Shown here: piece after piece, positions 1-11,174 of the stretch | Numbering within the stretch: the stretch's first letter is position 1 | Layout: each line of letters opens with the position of its first letter | Source of the DNA: Marsupella aquatica | Taxonomy: Eukaryota; Plantae; Marchantiophyta | DNA: 64,000 nucleotides | Assembly: GCA_973895155.1 (NCBI GenBank) | Contig: OZ316899.1 | Location: forward strand, 11,533,775 to 11,597,774 | Direction of reading: 5' to 3' | The notes under the pieces: generated by a model | Database searches by the model: none | Seen by the model: the letters and a program-made list of their open reading frames with translations, nothing else | What the model was told of the DNA's origin: nothing | Translations under genes and position numbers: made by a program

Positions 1-690
1 TTGTCGACGACCAAGAACAAATTGAGAAGACTTTATCTACATTTCACGTAACTAACATGGTTCTTGCCTCCCAATATCGCAATATGAATTTCACCAGATA
101 CTCACAACTGATCTCCCATATGCTGCTTGCGAAAAACACCAAATCCTACTGCTACATAATGCGAAAACACGACCACCAGGGAGCGCAGTTCCCCCGCCTA
201 GACCATAGACTCACCTAGTGGAATTTACCTATAGAACAAGAGGACGTGGTTGCGGAAACTTCAGGGGGAGCAGGGGACGCCCACTAGGACAAGGGCGATA
301 CCAAGGATCAAGTGGCAGAGGAAGAGGTCAAGTCGACTTCCAACACAAGTACCAAGGCAACAATTGGAATAGACAGGGAGGCCAAGGATGGAACCAAGGC
401 AGAGGCTACCAAACATACACCAGAGATAAGTTCTCTCCATCCCCTTGTTTTCGCTGCGGCACAAAAGGGCATTTACAGAAAGTGTGCAGAGCCCCAACAC
501 ATTTAGTAAAACTTTATAAAGAAAGCATAAACAGACAAGATCAGGACCCACAAGGAAATTTCATGGAAATCCCAGAAAGCATAGAAACATATAGAATCAA
601 TATGGACACGCCTGAAACACAGCTTGCTCACCTAGATACACAGTCAAAACATTCTTCCAACCCCTCCAACTACATAGTAGACAGTGGAAA
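1..690 (+). pseudogene. gag: Copia gag C-terminus (RGG-rich, CCHC knuckle) and start of protease
   Basis: ORF 218-736 translation; homologous to 36895-37690 of the second Bianca copy. Confidence 0.85.
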
Positions 691-704
691 TCTCTATAAA
701 TTAT

Positions 705-2640
705 ACAACAAGATGACAATCAGGAAATCTCTATAAATTATATGCACACTGGCAAAATATGGCAAAGAAACATCACTACGATAGATGACATATTTTCATA
801 TACAATATCAAAAGATATTACTGAAGAAATACCGGATCCTATTACTGTACAAGAAGCACAATCAAGAGACGATTGGCCTAAATGGGAAATAGCATCAATT
901 CTGAACTGGAATCTTTAATCCAGAGAGAGGTATTTGGCCCTGTCATACCTGCGCCACTACATACACCACTTACTGGATATAAGTTTATATTCACAAAGAA
1001 AAGAAATGCGCAGGGAGAGGTAATTAGATATAAAGTCCGTCTGGTGGCAAAGGGCTACACCCAAATACCAGGCCAAGACTTCGATCTTACCTACTCCCCT
1101 GTAATGGACTCCATTACTTATCAATACATGATAGCATTTGCGCTTGCTCATAAATTGATGCTTCACATCTTAGATGTGGTTATTGCTTACCTTTATGGAA
1201 TACTAGACACCACCATTTATATGAAAGCCCCACCTGAGTTGATCACGAGAATGAAATTTCATACTCAGGGGGAGCAAGCTATTCGCACATCCCCTGGTCT
1301 ACACCTTGGGACAACAATAACAAAGACTTCTACAGAATACCATCGAATGAATACAAAAGAACCTTCGGTTCTTCATAAAGAAACTGTGCAACATACATTA
1401 CCAGCAAACTGGAGACCTAAAAAGAATTACAACAGACTATCTACACAGACAGTAAGAAAGGCTATGCAGTACAAGTATTACGCTCTATGTATGGCCTTAA
1501 GCAGAGCGGTCGCACATGGTATAAATGATTTAAAGCAGAAATGTTAGCACTGAACTTTGTTAACGATGACATAGCTCCTTGTCTTTTCCTGAAACAAACT
1601 GGAGCTGAATATATAATTGTCGCTATATATGTAGATGACATCAACATCTTTGGTACTCCTACTATAGTTAAAGAAACTATAGAAACACTGAAGCATATCT
1701 TTCAAATGCGGGATCTTGGAGAGCCCAAATACTGTCTTGGACTTCAGTTTGATTATGTGCAGGGTGGCATCCTAATCAACCAAACAACTTATACGAAGAA
1801 GATACTAAAACAATTCAACATGGACTCTGCTCATCCAGTGAGTACCCCAATGGAGCTGAGGTCGCTCGACCCTAATAAGGACACTTTCAAGAAGAGAACA
1901 GAAGCAGAGCCAACACTGGGACCAGAAAAACCATACCTTTCAGCAATTGGGGCCCTCATGTACCTCACAAACCAAACACGCCCCGACATCTCGTTTGCTA
2001 TCAATCTACTAGCGTGACACAGTCTACAGCCAACGAAAAGACATTGGAATGGCATAAAGCGAGTTTTTTTATACTTATAGGGAACTGCTGACTTGGGACA
2101 ACACTATTCTTTCCCAACAATGCTAACAGCAAATTGACAGGATTTGCTGATGCTGGCTACCTCTCTGACCCCGATGATGCCAAATTGCAAACTGGCTATG
2201 TCTTCCTCCAAGGAAATACCGCCATATCCTGGCGGAGCTCCAAACAAACCCTTACGACCACCTCCTCTAATCACGCGGAGATCATAGCGCTATACAAGGC
2301 CAGTCGCGAATGTATATGGCTCAGACAAGTGATCGATCATATAAACAAGAATACAAGTAGACCACTTTTAGACACGCCGACTATAATCTATGAAGATAAT
2401 CGACCTTGTGTCGATCAAGTTACACAGGGCTTCATCAAAGGTGATCAAATAAAACACATCGCGCCAAAGTTTTTCTATACCACGAACAACACGGTGATAA
2501 GATCCAAGTTTGATGGATTCCAAGTAAAGAAAACCGAGCAGACCTTTTCACCAAACCACTTCCTACTGCTCTTCATCAAGAACATGCATTCGGGATCGGG
2601 ATGCGTAGACTTTCCACACTTTTACAAACAGCTGATTAGT
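705..2640 (+). pseudogene. pol: Copia reverse transcriptase and RNase H, with frameshifts and stops
   Basis: ORFs 882-1547, 1541-2017 and 2134-2682 carry RT and RNase H motifs in different frames. Confidence 0.9.
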
Positions 2641-2945
2641 CTGATGTTTTCTAACACAAAACATTCAATCCCTAACTCGTAATACACTCCATACTGTTCG
2701 ATAGTGTTATGATATTGTTACGCTAAACACTACTCGATAATCCCCACACAGAACATTACTTACCAACTTTACAATTACTATAGAATGACCCTATGACATG
2801 TAAAGTAGTGGCACTCTTTCCTTCAGAAAAAAGCGGGAAGGTTTTAAGGAGACCACACTAAAATATAGGGATCAAATTCAACACTTAGAGTTACAATCTA
2901 TATATAGTGGCTCTTTTATACACCAATAAAAGAACCAAGGGGGAG

Positions 2946-3106
2946 TGTTATAACACCTAGATTACACTCCAAGTGGACTTTACTTTACACTCTAAGTAAC
3001 CCTTAGAAGTTAGGACAGTTATCCAACTGCCCTCATATGTAACTCATATATACTCATTCCTAATAGAAATGACATTGGATTGTTGGTGACGATATTGAGT
3101 AGAACA
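2946..3106 (+). repeat. Putative short 3' LTR of Bianca copy 1 (TGTT...AACA), preceded by PPT CCAAGGGGGAG
   Basis: PPT ends at 2945, directly before TG. The 3' end is inferred from AACA at 3103-3106 and from a size similar to the copy 2 LTR (~174 bp). Confidence 0.6.
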
Positions 3107-3158
3107 GTAATTTGAATTTTTGATGATTGTTGAGAGGCGTAGGCCAAGATGAGTAGGT

Positions 3159-5002
3159 ATGAGTGGAGTACCTTTGGGTGAATTGGAGGAAACCAAAGAA
3201 GTTCCAAGTCAAGATCTTCCATATTCCTCTCTACAACAAAGTGATTACATGAGTCCGCAGAACCCTCGGGTTGGTGCGGTATCTTCAGTTTTAGGAGCGT
3301 GGACGAGTGGAGGAACACCGGACCGACCAATCAGAACTAGACCTGCATATGTTAATTTGAGATCTGGGCCTAAACTTGTTGTGCCATCCGTCAGGGCAAG
3401 AAGAAGGAGTTTGGCAAGATTGAGCACAACTCCGGCACAAACTCTGGCAACGTCACAGGCACCCCCACCACCAGGAGGCCCTGCAATGGCGAGTCGGTTG
3501 AGGATTCGTTATGATTACTTCAGAGGAAAGAAGTTTAACTTTGAAGCCTGGATGGAGAATTTTGAGGCTGTGGTGGGTATGGCACGCGTGACAGTTAACA
3601 GGACACAGGTTTACTAGTACCAGCAAAAATTTTCCAGTTACCAGCAAAAAGTTACTGTTACCAAGAAAAATAACCATGTCAAAATATTTTCTAAAAAGTC
3701 ACATTTTCCAAAAAAAATTTTAAATTACAACATTTTTTGGCTAGCTTTGGGCGCTAGCATTACCAGCGTCGGGCTATTACCACCCATTTTCCTGTTACCA
3801 ATTTCTATTTGCTATTACTGTTTGTTGTATCCTGTCGTTTGTAAATACCCCGCTGTGGCAATGTCCAATGGAGATGATGCACCAGACATAAAAGCTAAAA
3901 ATTTTGGAGGTCTCATGAGAGGTGAAGCCAGAACATGGTACTCTAACCTGGCAAATATAGCTGATTGGGCTGTAGTAAAACCAAAGTTTCTGACGGCTTT
4001 CCGAGAAGATGGAGCCACTACTCGGGCGTTTACACAATTGAATTCCATAATGATGAAGAAGGCGGATTCCTTGAGTGGTTACCTCCAAAGGATTAACCGG
4101 CTTATCAAGAAAGTTACATCAGAGCCTCCACCGGCTTACTTGATCAAGGAATGGTTTATTCAAGGATTGTACCCTGGATTGAATAAGTTTGTCAGATCCT
4201 ACCACATTGACTGAGGCTTATGATGTAGCTCAATCTTATATAGATGCCAATCTCTCCCAACGGTCTTAGTTGGCAAAAGAGATTGAAGAAGAAGAAAGGA
4301 AAAAGAAAAAGAAGTCTAAGAAAAAGAAAAAGAAACAAGTCAATTCTTCCTCTTCTAAAGATGATACATCCAGTGAGAGCGTTGATAGTGGAGATGATAC
4401 GGACAGCACTGATGAGGAGGAGGTGAAACCCAATAAAGTGTCCATTGTTAAACCTACAAAAATTGCAAAAAGTGAAGGCAAAATGGTAGACATAATGGAA
4501 GGTCTTGCCAAACAGATAAAGGGATTGGCTGTAAACCTGGCGATGAATAACCCACCACGGAGACCCTTACAACAACAGAGGTACAATGTGTGGTGCGCTA
4601 TTTGTAAGAAGATGGGCCATTATCCTAATGAATGCCCTAGCTCGAAGTAAGTGAATTACATTGCAGGTGAAGACTATGAAGGTGAGATAGAATGTGATCC
4701 AGAGTTCTAGAGGTATGAAGATTCAGTGTATCAAATTCAACCTTAGCGCCCTGTACAATATTTCCCTAGACCACCAATAAGACCCCAAGGGGGACCTAAT
4801 AAGCCTATCTATAAGCCACCAATGGCACCACCAGGAGGATACCCACCAAGAGGAACCTTGCCAAGAGGCGTATGTTGGAATTGTGGGGATCAAGCCCATT
4901 TTTCACCACAATGTCCGTGGCCAAAGAGACCTGAAGGAATGACTCCTCTGTGTGGAAACTGCGGTAAGGAAGGTCATTTAGCGATGGAATGTCTTGCGCC
5001 AC
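3159..5002 (+). pseudogene. gag: gag of element B (N-terminal part), interrupted by a MITE-like insert
   Basis: GEARTWY capsid-like motif, Lys/Ser-rich linker, and knuckles CAICKKMGHYPNEC, CWNCGDQAHFSPQC and CGNCGKEGHLAMEC. Confidence 0.85.
3574..3851. mobile_element. 278-bp MITE-like insertion
   Basis: Flanked by GCTGTGG at 3567-3573 and 3852-3858. Ends are TGGGTAT...ATACCCC with an AT-rich interior. Removing it restores the gag frame. Confidence 0.75.
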
Positions 5003-5071
5003 TGTGATGCCTAGCCAGGAATCACTAAGCCGGTTTACATGGTAAGCAGGAGTGTACCCTGGAAACACCTT

Positions 5072-8000
5072 TGTGGTGCGTCCCATGGCTCCCTAAACCC
5101 AAGAAACCCCCCAGCTCAAGCCGATTCCCGCAGGTTTCGCGCTTGGCGAGGCCGTTTCCGCGGCTTAGCGGCATGGGACGCTGCTAACCTTCTACTACTA
5201 CTATTAACATTTTACACACATATACTGGACAGATCCTTCATCGGGTCATGAGATACGTAGCCGGCCTAATCTAGGCCTTCCCCTGTCTTCCCCTCCGTCT
5301 TGTTAGGTATGTTTGGATTCCGCCGCCGGAATGATCCCCAATAGGCTTGGTTAAGCCGCTAAGACCTCTCTCAGCTCGACACATCCAACTCTCACTCCCC
5401 TGCTTACTTTCCTTCCTTTTGGTTGATGTGGGCACTCTTCACACAAGTTAATGCGACACACAAATAGCAAAATGACTCATTCTGACTGAGTCATACCATG
5501 CACTTGCCATACAAACAGTACATCTCATACACAAGCTCTGCGAACTAAGCCGTGAGGCCAACTCTATTCAGCTCTTGCTTCCACTTCTCCCTCTCTTTGA
5601 TCGTGTCGGCCAACTCTCCCTGCGTCTGAGTCAGTTTTTCCTTGATATTCTGATTATCAGCCTGCGCGGTGTCCAACTGCCCCTGCATGATGTTCAGCTC
5701 ATGCCGTTTAATCCGCAATTCATCTTGGGCTTTCTTGGCCGCCCTTAGATCTTCAATCTCGGCTTCCATCCTCCTAAGCCGCCGAATGACCTCGTCCTTC
5801 TTGCTTCTCTCTAAAACCACCGCTTCTTCTAATTGGTGCTTCTCCAACTGCTCCCTATGGAAAAAGGGTCCTACCTCCAACTCCTCTCCAAAGATGTCGA
5901 GCGCAAGTTCCCCACACATCTCACCATACTCCATGGCTCTATTCTTAGCGTAGGTGGAGTAAGTAGAAGTGATCGGCATCGCCCATCGCGGCCTCTGCTC
6001 CCAAGCCGTCCTGCGGATCTCTTCAATCGTGGCTAGAGGTTTGCTTCCTTTTTCGGCTAGCCGCCTGATGTCCTCCGGCCAATCTCCTCCTGGTAAATCC
6101 TTTTCCCTAGCCAGGGCTGCCTCCTCTTCCTGCCTGATTCGCTCCTGAAATTCCTGCACCGTCTGTTTTATGCCGTCAAAGCTCGGGGGAGCAACATCTG
6201 GTGGGGGAGACTCAGGGCTACTCTGCTGGTTGGGGTCCCCTCGCACTACCCTTGGAAGTGTGGGGACAAACCGGCCACAGGTCCTTACTCCTGGAACGTG
6301 ATGGTCCGACCCATAGCCGGAATTATCATGGCTGCAGTCCTCCACTGCCTCCTCTACTTCTTGGACGTCCGGCTTCTCCCTCTCCTCTTCGTCGGTAGGA
6401 GCTTCAGGCAATTCTGCCTCAGATTCGGAGCTTGAGATTCCCACATACATTCGAACACCTGGCTTGGATTCCGGCCTGATTCTCTCCTTGTCTCCAGCAA
6501 AGGGGTTTTCTCTTGTGAGCCGGTGTAGGCCTACCTCTGTAGTAGTGTCCTGCATTGTTGCCGTTGCCGTTGCCGTTGTTGTTGCCGATGCCGATTTCTT
6601 TTCTTTCTCCAGTAGTTTCAGCAGACTCTGCATGCCTGGTTGCTGCATCGGCAAGTCCTCCTTCCTGGGCCTAAACACCTGCTCGATCGTAGGGCTAACA
6701 GGTGGTTGAGGCTTCTCAGCCAACGGCCTCGGCGTTGGAGCTTCCTCGGGTGCCCTTACCTGCAGGGGAAGTACTGGGGCAAAAGTCTGACCTCTGGCAT
6801 ACCGGCACAACAACGGCATGTGATAGCCAAGCCGCGATACGCTCCCCATGCCGATTACCTGCTGCTCCTCCTTTAAGATCTTCTTCAATTGGTTGAGGAG
6901 GTACCCGTTGTAGTCCCGGCTTGGGTCTGGCCTTTCTGCCAGATAGACCTGTGCTTTGCCGATCTCTGCCCTCGGCAAGTTACAATGCATGGTCACCCGC
7001 AAGAAGTTGATCATCTCTCCTATGTGCGGGTTGGTGCAGGTGTTCCGGAAGAAGCCATTCTTCGTTGATGGCCCGGGGAACGACCGGAACTCCTTGTCAG
7101 GCAAGGTCTTCTTGGTATCAACTTTGGTCTTATTGCCTATCGGCAAGCCAAACACTTCGGCAATTACCTTGGGAGTAAGATAGAAATCCTTCCCATATAT
7201 CCTCGTGCAATTGGTCTCGGGTTCCCATGACCGCACGAATTCTAATAGGTCTGACTCCGGTACCTCCGGCTTCAGCCATGGTAATCTTACAAAGGCCTCT
7301 AAGCCGGATCCGGCCATGAAGCCTTGGTACTTCTTGGTCTGCATGGCCGTAAAGCATGCATCCTCCTCCCGTGCAAAATGTAGTTGCACCTCCACCGGTA
7401 GGGTTGCCGCCCAGCCCTTCCAGGTGTCATCCCTGGTTGGAATGGCCTTGATGGGATCGACCTCCTCCTCTTCGGCTTCTCCCTGCCTCCTGCTCTGCTG
7501 CTCGGCTGGCTTGTTTGGTGCCGCCGACCTCGTTCTTTTTGCCGGGGTGGCTTCATCGTTGACGACTCCCTTCCTCTTCATCTCTGCTGCCGTGGAGGTT
7601 TCTCCTAGCACCGTTGCCTGGGTCCACCTTTCCGTGCTACCCTTTAATTCCCAGTGTATGTCGTTGCAGTTCTTGATGGCCTCTCGGATGCCGACGACGC
7701 TGTCTTTGCAAAACAGAAGATCGTCGAGTTGATTGGAAGTAGGCGTCCACAGGAACTCGTCCTTGATGAGTTCGCCTCCTAAGAAAGCTGTCTTCTGCAG
7801 CTCCCACAATCGAGCGAGCTCCTGCCATTCTCGAGCTGCCCTTTCTGATTCCTCGTCCTCGTAAGTCTTGATGTACTCAGTTGCCCGTTCGAACAGGCAT
7901 CCCCAGAAATGTGCCGCTTGATTGACGTTGCTCATACCCTCCTTAGGTCGATCGTCGGTATCTACTCTCTCCCCGAGTGCTTGCCTAAGCAGCTGACAGT

Positions 8001-8311
8001 AGTTGGCCTCCCGTAGTCGTCTGCCTAGTTCATGCTCGTAAATGAGCCACCATCTCCTGCAAGCGCTCCTTACCCCTCTCCTCTGCCGGTCCTTCTTCCC
8101 GTTGATCCTTCCTAGCCGCCGACGCTTAACGCGCCCTAACCCTAATCGAGTTTTCACCCTCAGCGTCCTTACCTCCGGCCTCGGCCCGGGTTCCATGGTT
8201 GCCCCTAATTGTTTATATTTTCCTTGTTTTGTCCCTATACTAAGGTGTTCCTAGGGTGCCTTCCTGCTTTACCCACTTAACTGGCCGAGTGATTCCTGTC
8301 TAGGCATCACA
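5072..8311 (-). repeat. 3' LTR of element A (3240 bp)
   Basis: Near-identical to 25781-29019; TG...CA termini; abuts the PPT. Confidence 0.95.
5545..8196 (-). CDS. LTR-encoded 883-aa protein (conserved globular domain, acidic/Pro linker, coiled coil); function unknown
   Basis: Uninterrupted ORF lying wholly inside the LTR, with TATAAA just upstream. Homologous to the other LTR ORFs. The true start codon is uncertain. Confidence 0.8.
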   Translation of the reverse strand: MEPGPRPEVRTLRVKTRLGLGRVKRRRLGRINGKKDRQRRGVRSACRRWWLIYEHELGRRLREANYCQLLRQALGERVDTDDRPKEGMSNVNQAAHFWGCLFERATEYIKTYEDEESERAAREWQELARLWELQKTAFLGGELIKDEFLWTPTSNQLDDLLFCKDSVVGIREAIKNCNDIHWELKGSTERWTQATVLGETSTAAEMKRKGVVNDEATPAKRTRSAAPNKPAEQQSRRQGEAEEEEVDPIKAIPTRDDTWKGWAATLPVEVQLHFAREEDACFTAMQTKKYQGFMAGSGLEAFVRLPWLKPEVPESDLLEFVRSWEPETNCTRIYGKDFYLTPKVIAEVFGLPIGNKTKVDTKKTLPDKEFRSFPGPSTKNGFFRNTCTNPHIGEMINFLRVTMHCNLPRAEIGKAQVYLAERPDPSRDYNGYLLNQLKKILKEEQQVIGMGSVSRLGYHMPLLCRYARGQTFAPVLPLQVRAPEEAPTPRPLAEKPQPPVSPTIEQVFRPRKEDLPMQQPGMQSLLKLLEKEKKSASATTTATATATMQDTTTEVGLHRLTRENPFAGDKERIRPESKPGVRMYVGISSSESEAELPEAPTDEEEREKPDVQEVEEAVEDCSHDNSGYGSDHHVPGVRTCGRFVPTLPRVVRGDPNQQSSPESPPPDVAPPSFDGIKQTVQEFQERIRQEEEAALAREKDLPGGDWPEDIRRLAEKGSKPLATIEEIRRTAWEQRPRWAMPITSTYSTYAKNRAMEYGEMCGELALDIFGEELEVGPFFHREQLEKHQLEEAVVLERSKKDEVIRRLRRMEAEIEDLRAAKKAQDELRIKRHELNIMQGQLDTAQADNQNIKEKLTQTQGELADTIKEREKWKQELNRVGLTA

Positions 8312-10274
8312 TAGCTCCCCACTTAATTGTGAAGCGTCCTCGCGAACCACTTCATCTTCGTCCATATAGTATTTCTTGAGGCGGTCATAATGGATGCGAA
8401 CTGGATATACCTCTCCCGTAATGTTGGCCAATTGTACGGAGCCATTGGGGAACATCATGGTTACTCTAAAGGGTCCTAACCAGCGAGTGTAAAGCTTTCC
8501 TGGAAACCTACTATACCTACTGTCATAAAGTAGCACAAGATCACCGGTGTGAATACTAACTACTTTCAACTTTTTATCATACTGCTGCTTCATGATATTC
8601 TGTCTATATTCTACTCTCTCGGCTGAAATCATTCTCGCCTCCTCTAAAGCTTCTAACCTATATTCTCGCTCCTTTAGGCTCTCCTCCGCTGAGGCTCTTT
8701 CCTCAATTGTAACTTGAAATGTCGGTATCTCAAGTTGCATGGGTACCAGGGCTTCTTGTCCAAAGGTTAAGAAGAAGGGTGTATGACCGGTAGTGGATTT
8801 ATAGGCAAGATTGTAAGCAAAAACAGCAGCAAACAATTTACCATCCCAATCGAGTTTGTTCTGAGCTACTGTCTTGTTCAATATCTTTCCTATAATTCCG
8901 TTTGCTCGTTCTGTCAACCCATTTGCCTTTGGATGGTAGGGAGTAGTAGGCCTATGTTTAACTAAATACTGCTCATTTAAACGACTAATTATATCATTCA
9001 AAAAATGGGTTCCTCTATCACTAACTAATTCTAGGGGTGCTCCATACCTGGTGAAGATCTGCTCATACATGAATCTAGCCGTAGTAATTGCATCATCCTT
9101 CGTTGTTGGTCTGGCCTCTACCCATTTAGTTGCATAATCCGTAGCCAGGATTATGTACTTGTTCCGTCGAGGGTGGGTCAGTGGTTTTAGAGGTCCAATG
9201 TAATCAATACCCCACTTCTTGAATGGTGCCAGAGGTAGAATAGGGTGCAGTGGATGTCTGGTGGACGCCCTTGGTCCTCCCGCTCGTTGACAAGGATCGC
9301 ATTGTTTGATAAGTTGATAGACATCCTTGTGCAAGGTGGGCCACCAGTAACCGGCATTTAATATCTTCTTAGACGTGGTTACTGGGGCAAAATGTCCTCC
9401 GGCTTCCTCTCCATGCATGGCCCGTAGGACTCGTTTTACCTCTCCCTTTTCCAAACACCTTTGAATCGTGCCGTTGATTCCATGCTTGTGCAGTATGCCT
9501 TTAATGCACTGATACTGTCTGACCTTCCGCACAAAGACTGCGGCTTGCTCTCGGCTTAATCCTGGCTGTAATCTGGAAGTGCTGAGAAATTGTAAAATCT
9601 CAGGGTACCATGTATCAGCTATTTCCACAACGAATAGCTCCTCGTCGGGGAATCGATCATCGATGCAATCCGTGGCAGGTTTACCTGTGATCCTTGAAAA
9701 GAAGTCGGCATTGGCGTGTAACTTTCCCGGCTTGATCCTCAGCTCATAGTCAAACTCCTGTAATAGCAAAATCCATCTTGCTACTCTGCCTGTAAGGTCC
9801 GGCTTATTGACTAGGTACTTCAAACTTTCATGATCGGTATGAAAGATTACCTTGTACCCTAGTAAATAATGCCTAAACTTTTTACAAGAATAAATGACTC
9901 CTAATGCTTCTCTCTCTGTGGTGGAGTAGTTCCGTTCGGCATCGGCAAGCTGACGGCTTGCGAAGTATATGGGATGGTCCCTTCCTTTCTCATCCAACCG
10001 ACTTAGTACTGAGCCGATACAGAAGCCCGAGACATCTACAAAAACATGAAAATCTTTGTTCCAGTCCGGTGCTATCATGACTGGGGCCTCTACTAACATC
10101 TGCTTCAATTCTACCACCGCTGTGACTCGTTCGGGTGTGGGTTCGAAGTCTGCTCCTGTCTTGAGCATGTTGGTTAATGGTAAAGCTAGCTTGGCAAAAT
10201 CCTTGATGAACCGGCGATAGTAACCAATGCATCCCAAGAAGGATCTTACATCCTTTATGTTCTTAGGTTGCATG
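8300..10274 (-). pseudogene. pol: RNase H and integrase of element A (separated from RT by CACTA1)
   Basis: Motifs VDVSGFCIG, EREALG, FHTDH, GGHF...CDPCQ zinc finger, GIDYIGP, SDRGTHF, ANGLTER and WLGPF. Joins RT in frame after CACTA removal (LDIMQPK). Confidence 0.93.
8312..8328 (-). promoter_or_regulatory. Polypurine tract of element A
   Basis: The minus strand reads AATTAAGTGGGGAGCTA immediately before TGTGATG. Confidence 0.85.
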
Positions 10275-11174
10275 CACTAGTAGAAACCGGGGGTATTTAG
10301 ACCCCATTAAACGACTATTCAATACCGTATAGGACTTGGAAACGACTGGGAAGGACTCTAGTCCTTTATAGGACTGCGAGTCGTATGTTTTGTTACTATA
10401 ATCAACTGAGTCCTTTATAGAACTGGTTTATAAGTCGTTTAATAGACTGGATTTTCAGTCTATTTTAGTCTTTGTGTGGGTAGCTTTGGTGAGTCTTTTT
10501 CAGTCTTTTATGGGCTGCGATGGTGAGTCGTTGGGAACAACTCAAAAGGTTATGGAGGGTAGTCTTTAAATATACTTTGTGGGTTTATAAAATGACTAAA
10601 GTAGACACTTTGTGGGGGTTTATAAAACGACTAAAGTAGACACTTTGTGGGGTATGTACAAGTCTTTCATGTCAACTGGAAATGAGTGATGAAGACCCCA
10701 CTATACTACTTGGAATGAACTCACTCTTGTGCACAAATAACACATTTCATTCATGTTTTATTGTGTACTTGGAATGAACTCACTCTATAAGGTCACCATT
10801 CACCATGTTAACATTAGAACCTCACACAAATTTTCAGAAAGCCATCTTCTATACCATGTACACTAATATGAATTCACAGATTCAAACATCATAGACTACA
10901 AAGAAGGTCACAAAGCATTCGTCTATACCATACACACTAATACTGAATTGATACAAAACAGATTCAAGTATCATAGACAATCACCATAGAGCCATAGTTT
11001 GACATCAATCACTTGTTTCATACATACAGAATTCAGAAATATCAATGTCACACACAACGGCTCCTTCATCCTCTTTACCAAATGGAAAAATTGGTACAGA
11101 TATTTCTTGGATTTTTCCAAGGCAATGTCAAAATGTAACACAATTCACATGATTCTATCTACACTTGTATTCAG

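Larger units (their letters stand above)
1..3106 (+). mobile_element. Ty1/Copia LTR retrotransposon, Bianca-like (copy 1); 5' end lies left of the window; internally deleted and degenerate
   Basis: Gag zinc knuckle CFRCGTKGHLQKVC and protease start YIVDSG, then a direct jump to the pre-RT linker (integrase absent). RT motifs KVRLVAKGYTQIPG, YVDDINIFGT and PYLSAIGALMYL; RNase H motifs FADAGYLSDP and IYEDN. PPT followed by TGTT at 2946. Confidence 0.9.

Noticed and set aside
5470-5495. Hammerhead ribozyme in the family A LTR (CTGACTGAG hairpin)
   Set aside because: It does not match the CUGANGA core with a properly placed GAAA, and the stem is weakened in other copies.
5669-7732. Short antisense ORFs repeated in each LTR copy
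   Set aside because: They are shadows of the GC-rich sense ORF and recur only because the LTRs are copies of each other.
8134-8146. Telomere-like CCCTAACCCTAA in family A LTRs
   Set aside because: Only two units, inside an ORF; not an array.
10575-10790. Direct repeats as a CRISPR-like array
   Set aside because: Only two copies of each repeat, in the CACTA subterminal region of a eukaryotic sequence, with no spacer series.
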